From positions 4,342,001 through 4,406,000 of the forward strand of contig CM075992.1 in the NCBI GenBank assembly GCA_038087875.1: a stretch of DNA of 64,000 nt. The letters are read 5' to 3'. This DNA comes from Malacoraja senta (Eukaryota). This document shows, piece after piece, positions 26,223 to 39,247 of the stretch. The notes beneath the pieces are model-generated. The model saw nothing but the letters and a program-made list of their open reading frames with translations, had not been told where the DNA came from and searched no databases. How positions within the stretch are numbered: the first letter of the stretch is position 1; each line of letters opens with the position of its first letter. A program made the position numbers and the translations under genes.

Positions 26223-28562
26223 AAGCCCTGTCTCACTGTGCGAGTTGACCCACGAGTGACCCCGAGTGAAAGACTCGTGGTTGCGTACGAGACTCCAAGT
26301 TTATGATCAAGAGTTTAACCGAGTTCCCACGGGTATGACTACGTTTGCCGTTTACTTGTCATTTCTGCAATGTTCCAAGTTCGTCTCCCGAGTTACCAAG
26401 GTCCAGTGCCAGAGCAGTTGTACTGATGATTTGTTTGAAACACACATCACGTAGTTAGAAGACCAGCGAGCGGAGGTTTGCTATATTTTAATTGAATTTA
26501 CTGCCAGGTCTACACACTGCGGGGAGACGGGAGATGCAATCTTTGAATGTGGACGGATGTCTCCGCGCCTGCTCGTTCTAAGCGGAATATATTTTTAGAT
26601 GCCTTTCAAGCCGGGCTTTGGTTTTGTTCCTTGTTTTTGTTTATTCTCACACTTTTCGTGTGTGAGGGTGTGAGAAGTCCATGCCGGGTGCCGGCGGGCC
26701 GCAGCCGCTGTTCTTTCACATCAGTTGCACATCAGATTGTTGGGAGACGGAGTTCAGGGTTCGCCTCCTGAGCTGCTTTGGTGCCCAGGCGTGAGTTGAG
26801 GTAGAGGGAGGGCGTCATTAATCTGTCTGGGGTGACAAGGCTCTTGGGTTAGGCTGGGATCATTCTCTGCGGGCTGATCTTAGTGCGGGAGACAAGTGTA
26901 GGAGAGGTGTACTGACTGTGTGGGCAGACACTTTGGTAGTGATTGCCCACCAGTCTCAAAAGCCGCTGTGTCTCCCTGTCCCTGGGATAGCAGGGGGCGA
27001 TCAAACAGCACAATACCCCCCTCCCCCTCCACGCCAACACGAAGGGCAACGATCCCAAGGCTTTAGCGTCAGAAACAGCGGGCAGGCGACAATCACCCGC
27101 CATAACGCGAGAGAGATCATGCACTATTGTAGGTCTCCTTTACACGTCGGTGTTTCTGTCTTTCTCCATCTCATTGTTGGCCCTGTCTGTCGCCACCCCC
27201 ACCCCTCTGCTTCCCGGCCATGTGTGTGACCCCTTCCCTCCCCTCTCCAGCTCCCCGCCCATTGCACCGGGCGCGGGGGCTTTGCACTGTCTTCACGTCG
27301 GCGATGCCAGCAGGTCAGTGCCCGTCGCCCCGGGGCAGATGCTCAGGGGCTCTCCCCTAGCGCGGCCCCGGACCGAGGGAGGGGGGGGGGGGATGGGAGT
27401 CAGCGGGCACGCCGGCTCTGCCACACCATGGGCCGCCGCCAACCAAGCCACCCGTCCACGTCCACACGCTCGGTAGAACAGGAGCTGAGACTGGGAACTG
27501 TACCGCCCTTGCCCCCTCCCTCTGCAACTGCAAACAACCCCACTCTCCTGCTCACCTAACCCGCCCATCCCTTCTCGCTGGGTATTGAAAGCGCTTCTGG
27601 TCTGCAGTGTGCAATAGTCACCAAAATACACTGCATCTTTAGAAAGGAAAAATACAAAACATGTCAATCCCACTGGATAGGCTTTAGTCATGGTGCTGTA
27701 CCACACGGAAACAGGTCCTTCGGCCCAGATAGGCCGTGCCGTCCAAGTTGGCGTCTTGGGGTAGTCCTATTTGCCTGCATGTGGCCCATAGCCCTCTAAA
27801 CCCTTCCCATCCATTTATCTGTCGTTAATAACCTCAAGAAAATTCCTGCAAATGGGTCCAACTCAGAGAGAAGTCTCCCCCCTTTCCAGGGTTAATCGCT
27901 CCACTGTTTATAATGCTTCCTGCATTATGAAGTCCTCGACAGTGAACCCCATGGGCAATCACTACCAAAGTGTCTGCCCACACAGTCAGTACACTTGTCT
28001 CTCGTACTAAGTCACCCCCCCCCACACCTTTCCCTCCCAACTCCAGTCCCGTCCCGACCCTCTGGGAAACTGAAGGGAGCGACAATCAACTGCCACGGAT
28101 ACAAATAATGTCATACACAAGAAAGGGCAGATGCTGGTTGACAAAAAGTGAACACACGGTGCTGGAGTTACACAAAGACACAGCTGAAATTTGGAAATGT
28201 CATCCCATCACCCATTCCTTCTCTCCAGAGATGCTGCCTGCCCGCTGAGTTAAAGAGTTCCCACGGTAGACTCACGAGTCACTAAGGTAAACGCACGGGC
28301 CACTGCGTTCTTACAACGTGTTTAAATGTTTCAAATTTTAACCTCAAGAGTACATTTTACTCGTGGAAAAGTTTAAACATGTTTGAATTTTTCCAAGAGT
28401 TAACAAGTGTCACGGGTACCTGCCGTTAGCGGCAAGAGTCGCTAAGTTGCGTCCACGAGTTCCGACGTTCCCGCTACGTTAATCGTACGTGATTACCACG
28501 AGTTAAATTTGTTTTATGCTCGGGGTACCTCATGGGTCAGCTCGCACAGTGAGACAGGGGTT
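26223..28562. mobile_element. 2.3-kb non-autonomous Harbinger-like TIR element with CpG-rich interior
   Basis: ~40-bp TIR ccctgtctcactgtgcgag(t/c)tgaccca.gag..accccgag at both ends; no transposase ORF. Confidence 0.7.
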
Positions 28563-28729
28563 TAACTTGGTAATTGTCATGGTTTTGCAGATCAATTTTC
28601 AATGTGGCAAATATTTCATTAATCTTCGGGGTTGCCCTAATTGCCTGCCACACTCCAGCCTATACAGCACTCCAAGGCCACTTTCTACAGGTGCTGCCTG
28701 ACCCGCTAGAATTTCTGCAACATATGTTC

Positions 28730-29215
28730 TTAAGTGAAAGGAGCAGAATTAGGCCATTCGGCCCATCAAGTCTACTCTGCCATTCAATCATGGCTGATCT
28801 ATGTCTCCTAAACCAATTCTCCTGCCTTCTCACTATAACTTCTGACAGCACTCATTCCTGGGATCATTCTCGTAAACCTCTTCTGGACCCTCTCCAGAGG
28901 CAGCGCATCCTTCCTTCGATGGGCCCAAAATAGCTCACAATATTCCAAATGCGGCCTGATCAGTGCCTTATACAACCTGAGCATTCTATCCCTGTTTTTA
29001 TATTCTAGTCCTCTTGAAATAAATGTTAGCATTGTGTTTGCCTTCCTTACTACCGATTCGACTTGCAAATTAACATTTTGGGGATCCTGCACCAGCACTT
29101 CCAAGTCCTATTACACCTCCGATTTCTGGATTCCCTCCACATTTAGAAAATAGTCTACGCCTTATTCCTATTACCAAAATGCATGACTCCACACTTTGCT
29201 ACACTGTTATGTTGT
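28730..29215 (-). mobile_element. CR1 LINE fragment with internal deletion
   Basis: KANTMLTFISRGLEYK...IRPHLEYC...ERVQKRFTRMIPG joined to the tail. Confidence 0.8.
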
Positions 29216-29674
29216 GTAACATGTGTTTTACTCTCGTTTCGAAAGTTGCATTACAAAAGCCATTTTGTCAATGGTCAAAAAGTGAGTTTGAGGCTAGAGA
29301 ATTTCAGACTCACATTAAAAAGTTTTCCCCCTGTATGTTCCATGTCCCGGGGGATTTTACTTACTTTGACCAGTCTGCACCATGGGTTGTACCTGATCCC
29401 AAGCCTCACCAACTTCTCTATTCAATCCCATAATTTCCTTAATGTCTATTTGCCTTTCGGTCTTGGCCTTGAATATACTCCACTTTTAAACATCCACATC
29501 ACCACAATCTTCAGTGATAATCACCAGGAAAGATAAAGCATTGTTATAAAATATACATAAAAACCTCTATAATGAACCATGCAAAATACATTAGGTGGTG
29601 ATACTTTGTTTTTCAAACCGTTTACGTATTATTTCAGATGAAATCAATTTACATGTAACAGTGATGTTCAGTAC

Positions 29675-29878
29675 CTGTCTGAATGTTCTTCAGTGCTGTA
29701 TCTCTGGCATCCACTCCCACCAATGGCCATTCATTTTTATTGTCTAGATATTTTACAACAATCACCACCGGAGTCATTGATGCCATATTCTGTTCACCGC
29801 ATCCCCTCGGAATTCTGATTAGATGTTTCAGTTTTAATCCATCGATAGTTTTTTCAATAGATTGAGTTAAAAGATCAC
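29675..29878 (-). CDS. C3: C3 exon ~24, thioester exon (…LKHLIRIPRGCGEQNMASMTP…); GCGEQ at 29790-29804
   Basis: cag|GT GAT...ACA G|gtactg; 204 bp. Confidence 0.97.
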
Positions 29879-30879
29879 CTGTTCCATTGATAAAATAAAT
29901 TTAAGAGGATCCTGTCAAATATCGGAGCATATCCATAACTGGCTATGTTTCATTGATGGAGTATTAACAAAGCTCTAAAGCAATTTCATGTATTTATACA
30001 TAGGAATTTAATTTATTTCATTCTCTGGGAAATGTGTTTAATTAATCAACTTGAAAGTTACTGAAATTTTATGCAGTGCATTATTGTGATGGGGCAGGCA
30101 TCACCCATAATGCCCATTTTGCCCAGATCCCTGTAAACCTTTTCTCACCATATATCTAAATGTGTGTTAAATGTTGTAAATGTATCTGCCTCTACCACAT
30201 CGTCTGACAGCTCGTTCTACACACCCATTAACCTATTTGTGAAAATGTTGCCCCTTAGGCCCCATTTCCCCTCTCACGTTAAGCATATTCCACATATTTA
30301 TACTCTCCAAACCCGAGTAAGAGTGTGACTATTCACCTTATTTCACACAACTCTATTCCCCATGCAATTATTTTTTTTGAGGTATATATCTATTATGTAT
30401 ACTCAGGAAAAGTTATCCATCATTCTCGGATTTTTCATTCCATGAGATTTCATTTTCACTTGCCTGCAAGTCAATTACAAGACAGATTTCTGGCCAGCAC
30501 GACGGGAATGGTAGTTAAAAACATATCCTGACTAGTAAACTAGTGCTTGAAAATCTAATTTTAAATTGGGTGATAAATAAAAGTCACCAAGAGGAGCAAT
30601 AGTAAAAGCAGTAAGCTGTTCCAGATCCATATTCCAACAAAAATAAAGAGAGAAATGCCAATGCATGCAGTATTTGGGACTGATGGGTAACGATTGTATT
30701 TCTGAAGGACAACAATGTAAACTTCCTCTCCATTTTTCATTTTCTGACCAAGTGCTGTTCTTATATTTAAAATGGAAAGTATGTTATACAACTCTGAATT
30801 CTTCAACATCAACAAATCAGATAAGATCTACAAATAGATATTTCTCTTCAGTTTATATAGGAATGAAAATATTACCTAC

Positions 30880-30966
30880 CTTGAGCGCTGATGAAAGTCA
30901 ATGGCTCTGTGCCTGGAACCATATCGATTGGGGGTCGCACAGAAACATTAAACACTTGCTGTTTAC
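30880..30966 (-). CDS. C3: C3 exon ~23 (GKQQVFNVSVRPPIDMVPGTEPLTFISAQ)
   Basis: tag|GT AAA...CAA G|gtaggt; 87 bp. Confidence 0.9.
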
Positions 30967-32050
30967 CTAGGTTAAAGGAAAAATATATTTATTTATTCAG
31001 AAGGTTATATCAATATACTGCTCTATCCTCTTCAATCCAGACACAATCCTAATATAAAATATGTAGATGTTCTTTCATTATCATTAACTCTAAATCTTGA
31101 AATTCCCAACCTAACAACACTTGGAAGTATTTTATCATGATGACTGCATCAGTTCAAGGTAACTTACCAAAGGGTCTCATGGGCAGTATGGAATGGACAA
31201 TAACTACTAACTCTGCTGATCATGCCCATATGCAGCAAATTAATTAATTAAAAAATCTTTGAATCAAAAACCTTTGCTTCTGGTAGAGTATGGTGAATTT
31301 GCAGGTCTCTACCCTGTATTGTTATGGAGGCAGGATCATTTGTAGTATTTAAAGAGGAAGTAGGTACATGTTTTGAAAGTTCAGGGATTGAGGACTGCGG
31401 ATATCGGAACACAAGAAGAGATGAAGCCTGGGACAGAGCAGTCGTGATTAATTGTGGGGTTGAGTGGCCTACTAATGTTCCTATATTCTTGTATTCTTAT
31501 TTATTTTCCCTGATAACTATATATTCGTGTGTACTCTGTTGCTTTTTATAGTCAAAGCATGGAAATCGGCCCTTTGGCCCACTTGTCTAAACCTACCAAG
31601 ATGCCCCATCTAAGCTAATTCTATCTGCCTGCATTTGGCCTAAAATTTTCCTCTTAAACCTTTCCATCCATTATCTCATTGATGAGTCTTTTAAATGTTG
31701 TTATAGTACCAGCCTCAACTACCTCCTCCGGCTGCTCGTTCCATATACCCATATCCTCTGTGTGGAAAGGATGCCGCACATGTTCCGATTAATTTGTTTC
31801 CCTCTCACCTTAAATCACTTTTGTTGCTTTCCTGAGAGTTGCCCAACTCTCCTGCTGTATACAGACTCTTCCTAAACATTTGCAGCAATTTCTGTTTCTA
31901 TCTTTTTGATTAAATTCTTGGTCATTTGCCTGCATATCATTTATGTAGTCAATGTAACAGATTGTTTGATATTTATGGCACAATTTAAATAAAAGATGAT
32001 GTTGCTGAAAACTATGTATTCTGAAGGCTAATAATATGAGCGAACCTTAC

Positions 32051-32105
32051 CTTTGGGATCCAAATTGTGAGTTTCCACTGGGAGTTCAGTTTTGACTCCC
32101 TCTGG
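32051..32105 (-). CDS. C3: C3 exon ~22 (PEGVKTELPVETHNLDPK)
   Basis: cag|CCA...AAA G|gtaagg; 55 bp. Confidence 0.9.
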
Positions 32106-32361
32106 CTGCAGAAAGAAAGAATACACTGAGTATGTTTTCATCTGGTTTATTCTAGGTTTAAGATATTGGCTCAAGTTACTAGAACTGCTTATATTACATA
32201 TTATTTGTAACACAATTCTTCAGCACTTCAGGCCACCATCAGTCCAATATTCCCTCAATCATATAAATGGGAAGAATGCAAAGATCATCCTTCTGATGAC
32301 TTGCTCTTCTAATGACAGACTGCCAACATGCCCTTCAAAACCCATCACTCTACTACTTTAA

Positions 32362-35300
32362 ATACCGCTTTAAATACCTGGGAGTCCACATCACAGAGGA
32401 TCTGACATGGACTACACACACTGCCACACTGGTGAGTAAGGCAAGGCAGCGCCTTTACCACCTCAGGCAGCTGAGGAAATTCAGAGTCTCTCTGAGGATC
32501 CTTCAGTGTTTCTACTCTAGGGCTGTAGAAAGCATCTTTCTGGTTTGGGAACAGCTCTGCCCAGGACAGGAAGGCTCTGCAGAGTGTAATGCGTTCGGCC
32601 GAACGCACTATGGGAACTACACTCGCCCCCCTGCAAGACCTATACACCAGGAGGTGCAGATCCAGAGCCAGCAACATTATGGGGGACCCCTACCACCCCA
32701 GCAACGGTCTGTTCTAGCTGCTACGGTCAGGCAAACGCCTCCGCTGTCATGCTGTGAAAACAGAGAGGATGAGACGGAGTTTCTTCCCACAGGCCATCAG
32801 GACTGTAAACTCTTATCTCACCAGGGACTAATTTACTGTTGTGTTGTGTCTTTTTAATTATTTTTTTCTAACGTAAATACTGATTTTACGTCGGAGTCAC
32901 GTTTGTGACTACGTGAAGAAGACCCGTCAGGGTGCATGCGCGTCATTACGTCGGTCGCATTGGCGCACAGACAGCGGGAGGACAGAGCTCCTCCCGATGT
33001 AAGTACTTTTAGGGTATTTTTAAAGAGTTTTAAAGCTCCAGCTAAGTCTGAAACTTGTCAGAAACTTAGCTGGAGTAAAATAAGTTCCTTATCTGTGGTG
33101 CTGTGCTCTGTGTTTTGTCACAGGCAGCACCATGGTGAAGACGAGCAGGGGAGGATAGAGCTCCTCCTGTAGCAGGTACTTTTAAAGTACTTTTATAGTT
33201 TTAAAGCTCCAGCTAAGTGGGAAGCTTAGCTGGAGGGAAAAGTTTATTTTGTGGTGCTCTGTGTTTTTTATTACAGGCAGCACCATGATGAAGACGACCA
33301 GGGGGAGGGCAGCCGCAGGTAAAGCATAGGAGAGCCGCAGGAATGCGGTCTGTCAGCGGCTGCCTTGTACCCCTGCACAGTCGCCGACCGGGAGCGGGGC
33401 GACTTCAGACTGAGTGCTAAAAAGCACCAAAGCCAACGCCTGTCGGGCGTAAGGCACGGGGAAGTCTGGGAGGCCCTTGGACTCAACTGAGTCGGGCCAC
33501 AACGAGCCTGTACGGGGCTCGAGACGTTTTTTAAACGGTTCTCCCAAATGGAGCACCTCATCCAGAGGTTGCTCCAGAAACGCACACTCCGGGGAGGAGT
33601 CGTGTGGGCGGTAGGCTGCAGAAAGGCCACGTTGGCAGCACCTGTTAGAGGGCTGCTTAAAGTACCCTCATGCATGAGGTGAGTGCAGAAGGTCAGCTAA
33701 GGTCTGACCCCGACTCTGACTGAGACTTGGAAATAGCGAAGAACGGCCGTTGTCAGAGGTCCATTCTCTGGCAGCACGATTCGCTGTCCAGTCAGAGTAT
33801 GGAGTGCCACTGGGAGAAGAGCTGGCCTCCACGATAGGGTCAGCTCAGTTCTGACCCGATTCTGACGGAGACTTTGTTGAATAGCGAAGAACGGCCATTG
33901 TCAGAGGTCCATTCTCTGGCAGCACGATTCGCTGTCCCGTCAGAGTATGGAATGCCACTGGGAAAGCGAAGATGGCCATTGTCAGAGTTCCCATCTCTGG
34001 CAGTACGATTCGCTGTCCAGTCAGAGTCTGGAATCACCAAGAGACGGGGTAACTGCGAGTTGCTGAAGGTGCCAGCAGTGAACCGGGTGATATGGAGCCA
34101 GATGGGCGTGGGCGTGCAGTGCCCAGGAGATGAAGCTGCAGAGAATCCTGAAATTACTTGGCTCAGGAATCACGGCGTTCGCAAGAACGGTGGATGGAGG
34201 GCATGTGTCGGAGACGCGGCAAGAGGTACTAGGGTTGCTTTGTAGCACCCATTTTTGAGATAAATTGTCTCAGGGAAAGTGCCATTCGGCCCACCATTAA
34301 TTCCAAGATTGCAGTATTTTTCCAGCCTAGCAACATACAGCCGGCCAACCTACTCTTCGGAGAGGACCTCGCCAAGAGTGTCAAGGACATGGATGACGAG
34401 GCAAAGACGGTGGGCTTGATCAAGCCACCGGCAGTCGGCAAGTTTCCAAAAAAGAAAGTACCCCTACAAATGAAGCAGGAACATGGTCAAACATCCACCA
34501 GGTACCAAGGAGGTAGGTGGGCCTGGTTCTCAGGTGCACATATCAAATGTGACACAACTTAAACTGGGGTATATTACATCTGTTTCTGGGATGAATGGAA
34601 GCAAATTACCTTAGCTCTGTTTATACAGAGTGTTATTCAAAGGTTTCGAATGGATTTCAATCCAGATTGTGATTTGCACATTCAGCAACTGAACTATTCA
34701 GTTTTCATTAACAGAACAGATGGATGTTCAGACTGCGCTTGCAAGCTTATGTGATAAAGGTGTAATTATAAGTTTGTTCTCCAACCCATCAATTTGTGTC
34801 TAATATTTTCCCAGGCCAAAAAAGGATGGGGGATGTAGTATAGACATTGTAAGAAGGAATTGTCACTGCCAAGCAACTGGGCAAGAGGATGCTATATGGC
34901 GACTCTAGAGCTTAAAGATGCGCATTACTCAATGTCTGTTTATTTGCAGGATATTTGAAATTCACCTGGATGGATCAACTATGGCAACAAAATGGTTAAA
35001 ACCTATAATAGGCATGCTGAAAGGCCAGGGTACGGGTGTTCATGGCTTATCTCGATGATATCTTGATTACAGGGGTATCCAAGAGAACAGCTGAAGTAAC
35101 AGGTGATAGTTGTTAAATCCAATTTTCAAAAATTGGGCATTATCCATCCAGAGGAATCCAAATTAACACCTAACTATTTGGGTCACAATTGATTCAATTA
35201 TGTGACTCTGCCCAGGGAAAAAAGGGTAGAGCTAATTGACAGGTGTATCAAGCTAATTGAGGCATTAAGGATACATTCGGGTCATTATAATAGACCTATG

Positions 35301-37713
35301 CAGTTATCAGTAATGGCTAATTCTGATTTGCAATGGGATTCACCATGTGTCCAGAAGTTATAGCAAGGTAATGCTTGACCAGCCTTCCATGATTTTGTAG
35401 ATGAATGTCAGTGCACTCGGGTGAGGTGTCACGGATACGAGTTTCAGCTGTGGAGGCAGATGGACTGAGCAAGAGGCATCGTTTCTGTAGACATGGGCAA
35501 TTAACTATAAAGAGGCTTATTGCTCTAACAAATGTAATCTGCATGTTCAGTTTGACAATAATACGCAAGTGGCATATATATATTAATGTGACAGATTGGC
35601 TAATCACATTTGGGCTTGGTGCATGGAAAAATATATTTCAGCTATTTATCTACCGGGTAGATTCTACATAGTAGCAGATGCCAAGTTACGAAAGTTCCAT
35701 GACAACATAGATTGGATGTTGAACCAGGAGGTGTTCAATAATATAGTACTTGTATATGAATGCCAGATATCGATTTGTTTGCATCAAGGTTCAACCATCA
35801 GCAGCCTAAATAGGTTTCATGGAAACCAGACCAGGTGGCATTTGCAATTGATACTTTGACGTTACATTGGGGTGGTATGTTTTATATATTTTCCTACCAT
35901 TTTGCCTAATAGGTCGGAGTCTGCAAGAAATCAAGCAGGATGCCGCTTTGGGGGTGCTTGTAATACCTAATTGGCCAAATCAAGCATGGTTCCCTTTGAT
36001 GTTACAGTTAGGGATCCAACCTCTTTTTGGTGGTTCCCAAGCGTAGGAATTGACTGGAACATCCGCTAACAAGGGAAAGTCATCTGTTATGTGATTGTAT
36101 TGACTTGTTAGTTTGCAGGGTTTAAGAAGGCCATACCTGAAGCAAGGACTGTCTGGGTGAACGGTGGACATGCTCACTGTAGCCTGGAGAAAGAGTACTC
36201 AAAAGGGGTATATTACTTATGTAAAAAATGGGAGCAATATTGTGTACAAAATAATATTGACTATAGTACTGCAGGTATTGTGGATATTTTAGAGTTCCTG
36301 TTGACACTCTACGATGATGAGGGGCTCAATTATAGCACCATTAATACAGCTTTAAGTGCTTTGTCATCGTATGGTTTTGATGGGGTCAGGAAAGATCCTA
36401 TTGAGTTTCATCATATCATAGCTGGATTGATGAAAGGAATTTCAACTCGAAACCTCCTAAACCCAGGTATATGGCGATCTGGAATGTAAGTGTGTTCCTC
36501 AAGATGCTTCGACAGTAGGTTCCTGTCATGTCTCTGAATTTGCCAAACTAATCATGAAAGTGGTTATGCTCTTGGCATAGGTTCAGCATAGCAAGTGCAG
36601 TGTTTGCAAAAGCTTCTGCTCGACAGGATGGAAGTTGCTGAAGAGAATGTTATGTTATATAATTGCGTCCTGTTTAAGCAGAGCAGGCCAGGTGTCACAG
36701 GGTTGTTAATATTGTGTTTCAGCATAACCTACTGATCCATGTTTATGTGTAATGGCACATTTATTTTCATTATATTGAAGCTATAAAGACCTTAAGAAAT
36801 GTGGAAACAGCATTGTTTATCAGTTACATGAAGCCACACAGGAGAGTGTTAGTGCAGACTATCTCAAGGTGGTTTAAAGCAAATGTTGATTAAGGCAGGT
36901 ATTAACACTGAAGTGTATATATCCTTTTTTCCACTAGTGCAGCAGCAACGTCGTCGGCTAGGGCGATGGATGTTCACAGCGGCCATATTTTTATAGGTGC
37001 TGGGTGGTCAAATGAATTTTTAAATTTTTTTATTTTACCATCGGCCGATCGGAGAGAGGCTGTTTGCAAATTCAGGATTAAGTCCTGTTTAGTTTCCCCT
37101 GGGATAGAGGGGTTACTGGTTGTTTTAATTATTCAAATCAATTGTTACTGCATGATATTCACATTCCATGTTTAACGCATTATTGATTGTTTCTCATCGA
37201 AAGTCAATCAATGCAATGAGAAGCCGGGATTTGGATCTGCGGCATAAAATCACAGAGCTTTGAACCCTTCACGTAGTCACAAACGTGATTCAGAAGTAAA
37301 ATAGTAAGATTAAACGAGAACTTACCAAGTTTGAAGTTTGATCTTTATTTTATGAGGAGTTACGTTGGTGATTACGTGCCCGCCACGCCCAACCCTATCT
37401 CATAAAAAAAGGTCATATGGTAGTTCTCATGTTGCTCATCTTAATATGTTACTTCAAATATTGTGTTATCTGTGATTTCATACCGCTGCTTTGAAGATTG
37501 ACGCGCATGCGCCCTGACGGGTCTTCTTCACGTAATCACCAACGCAACTCCTCATAAAATAAAGATCAAACTTCAAACTTGGTAAGTTCTCATTTAATCT
37601 TACTATTCTGTTCTATTCTATTCTGTTGTTTTTGCACAATCCGCAGGCATTGCCACTTTCATTTCACTGCACATCTTGTATGTGTAAGTGACAAATAAAG
37701 TTGACTTGACTTG
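32362..37713 (+). mobile_element. Rex1/Babar-like LINE 3' fragment interrupted by the DIRS insertion (32362-32882 plus 37608-37713)
   Basis: FKYLGVHITEDLTW...KARQRLYHLRQLRKF; the 3' part ends AATAAAG-(TTGAC)n; the DIRS flanks rejoin as aaatactgATTctgttct. Confidence 0.8.
32883..37607 (+). mobile_element. Full-length but decayed DIRS1-type retrotransposon
   Basis: Left terminus from 32883, ICR 37267-37378, right ITR 37499-37534 plus extension to 37607, ATT at both ends; relics LKDAHYS, MAYLDDILI (~35042-35068), LPG..ADA, YSTINTALSALS; many stops and frameshifts. Confidence 0.93.
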
Positions 37714-38082
37714 ACAGGACAAAAGGACAGCAGGCACAGGGGAGCCACCATTTCTTGCAGGTTCCACATCATCCTGACTTAAAAATCTATTAGCACTCCT
37801 TCATCCTCATTGATTGCAAATATATATTAGCACAGTCAGTGAGTTAACCAGAAACTTTGGCAAACTGCAAGTTTATACCTCTTCCCAATCACTGTTCCCC
37901 AATATCCTGAAAACATGTTCCCAAGAATACTATCAAATTGTTTATCATCAAAATCTGGATTCTGAACAATACGTCTGCTTCAGCAATTTAGTTCTATTTC
38001 AGATTTTGGACTCGAGGTGAAACTAATCTGTTGCAATCACTTATATTCCTGGATCTGGAAAACTTGATAATATTGAACTTAC

Positions 38083-38295
38083 CAGCACTCGGAGGGGCTT
38101 TCTCACTGCATCATTCACAAACACACCGTGAACTGATGCCTTGACTTCAATCATTATTTCCCCAATTGTCAATGGGACTATAACATAAGACACCACACCA
38201 GTTGATTTCTTTGGAATTTTGATTGTCGTAGTATATCGTTCTGTTAGTTTTGCATTGCTGCACATGTTCTCATTGTAAGGAAATTGCACACGAAC
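38083..38295 (-). CDS. C3: C3 exon ~21 (VRVQFPYNENMCS...YVIVPL...IEVKASV...DAVRKPLRVL)
   Basis: cag|GTT...CTG|gtaagt; 213 bp. Confidence 0.95.
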
Positions 38296-39107
38296 CTGGA
38301 AGTTAAAACGCAATTGCAATAGAGGCAAATGTAAAGGAGAAACTAATTTCATTTCAGTCAAAAAAGCCCTCCTTAAAATATGGTATGAAATTATCGTCAA
38401 CCTTTGCTAAGGATCCTTTACCTCTACATTGAAAAGCAACACAGTTCTGGGACAATATTTTTGCTTCAGCCCACATCACTAAAGCAATTTATCTGACGAT
38501 TTTTGGGATCTTGCTGTGCACCAACAACCTCAATGGCTTTCTACATTTCAATGGTGACTTGACTTCAAGCACTAGGATTTTGTCAGTAAAACACATTGAC
38601 TGTCCTGAGAGGTGGCAACGTGAAAAACCCACATATAATAAATTATGATTTTGGTAAATATTATACATAACAAAAAAGTTGAAGATACACAGTGGTAATG
38701 AGTGTTTAATGACAGGAAATATAAGTATCTATTTTTAATTAGTAATGAGTTTAACAAATGACAATTAAAGAGCTCTGATGGTGGTTTATTTGACTGAAAT
38801 CTAGGATCAGTAGGTGATGATAGGAGAGAAAGATTTATAGAATGGGATGAATAATGAAAGATAAGACTTTGAAACAACCTGATGGAATGGATAATTAAAA
38901 ATTATCAGCTGTTCTGCATCTAATTTTCTTTTAAATGAAACCTACATTTTGTTTTCCTACCAACTCTTCACATGCCTACTGTAGTCTGTGCCTGAAACAT
39001 CTCCTTAATGATCTCCCACTTTTGCAGTCAATAGTTTTTCCTGTAATTCTTTGGGCCATTTATTTGGGTAAGATTCCCTCTCATCTCACAAAAGATGTCC
39101 ATCTTAC

Positions 39108-39247
39108 CGTAATTTCTTTATCATGATAATTGTAGAGGACTGCTCTAATTTCCACTTGTTCATAGCGTACGGTGGCGTATGGAAGTCGAAGGTCAATGAA
39201 AAAATCTTTTAGCACTGTGACGTCATAGGGTTGTGCAATGCATACTC
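39108..39247 (-). CDS. C3: C3 exon ~20 (GVCIAQPY...[10 protein letters not shown]...[12 protein letters not shown])
   Basis: cag|GA GTA...ACG|gtaaga; 140 bp. Confidence 0.95.

Noticed and set aside
26849..27706. Overlapping ORFs of 90-137 aa in the GC-rich block
   Set aside because: Low-complexity frames expected from high GC; no transposase or other domain motif.
33690..34032. Repeated units resembling a CRISPR array
   Set aside because: The units are long, imperfect tandem duplications without unique spacers, inside a DIRS element in a vertebrate genome.
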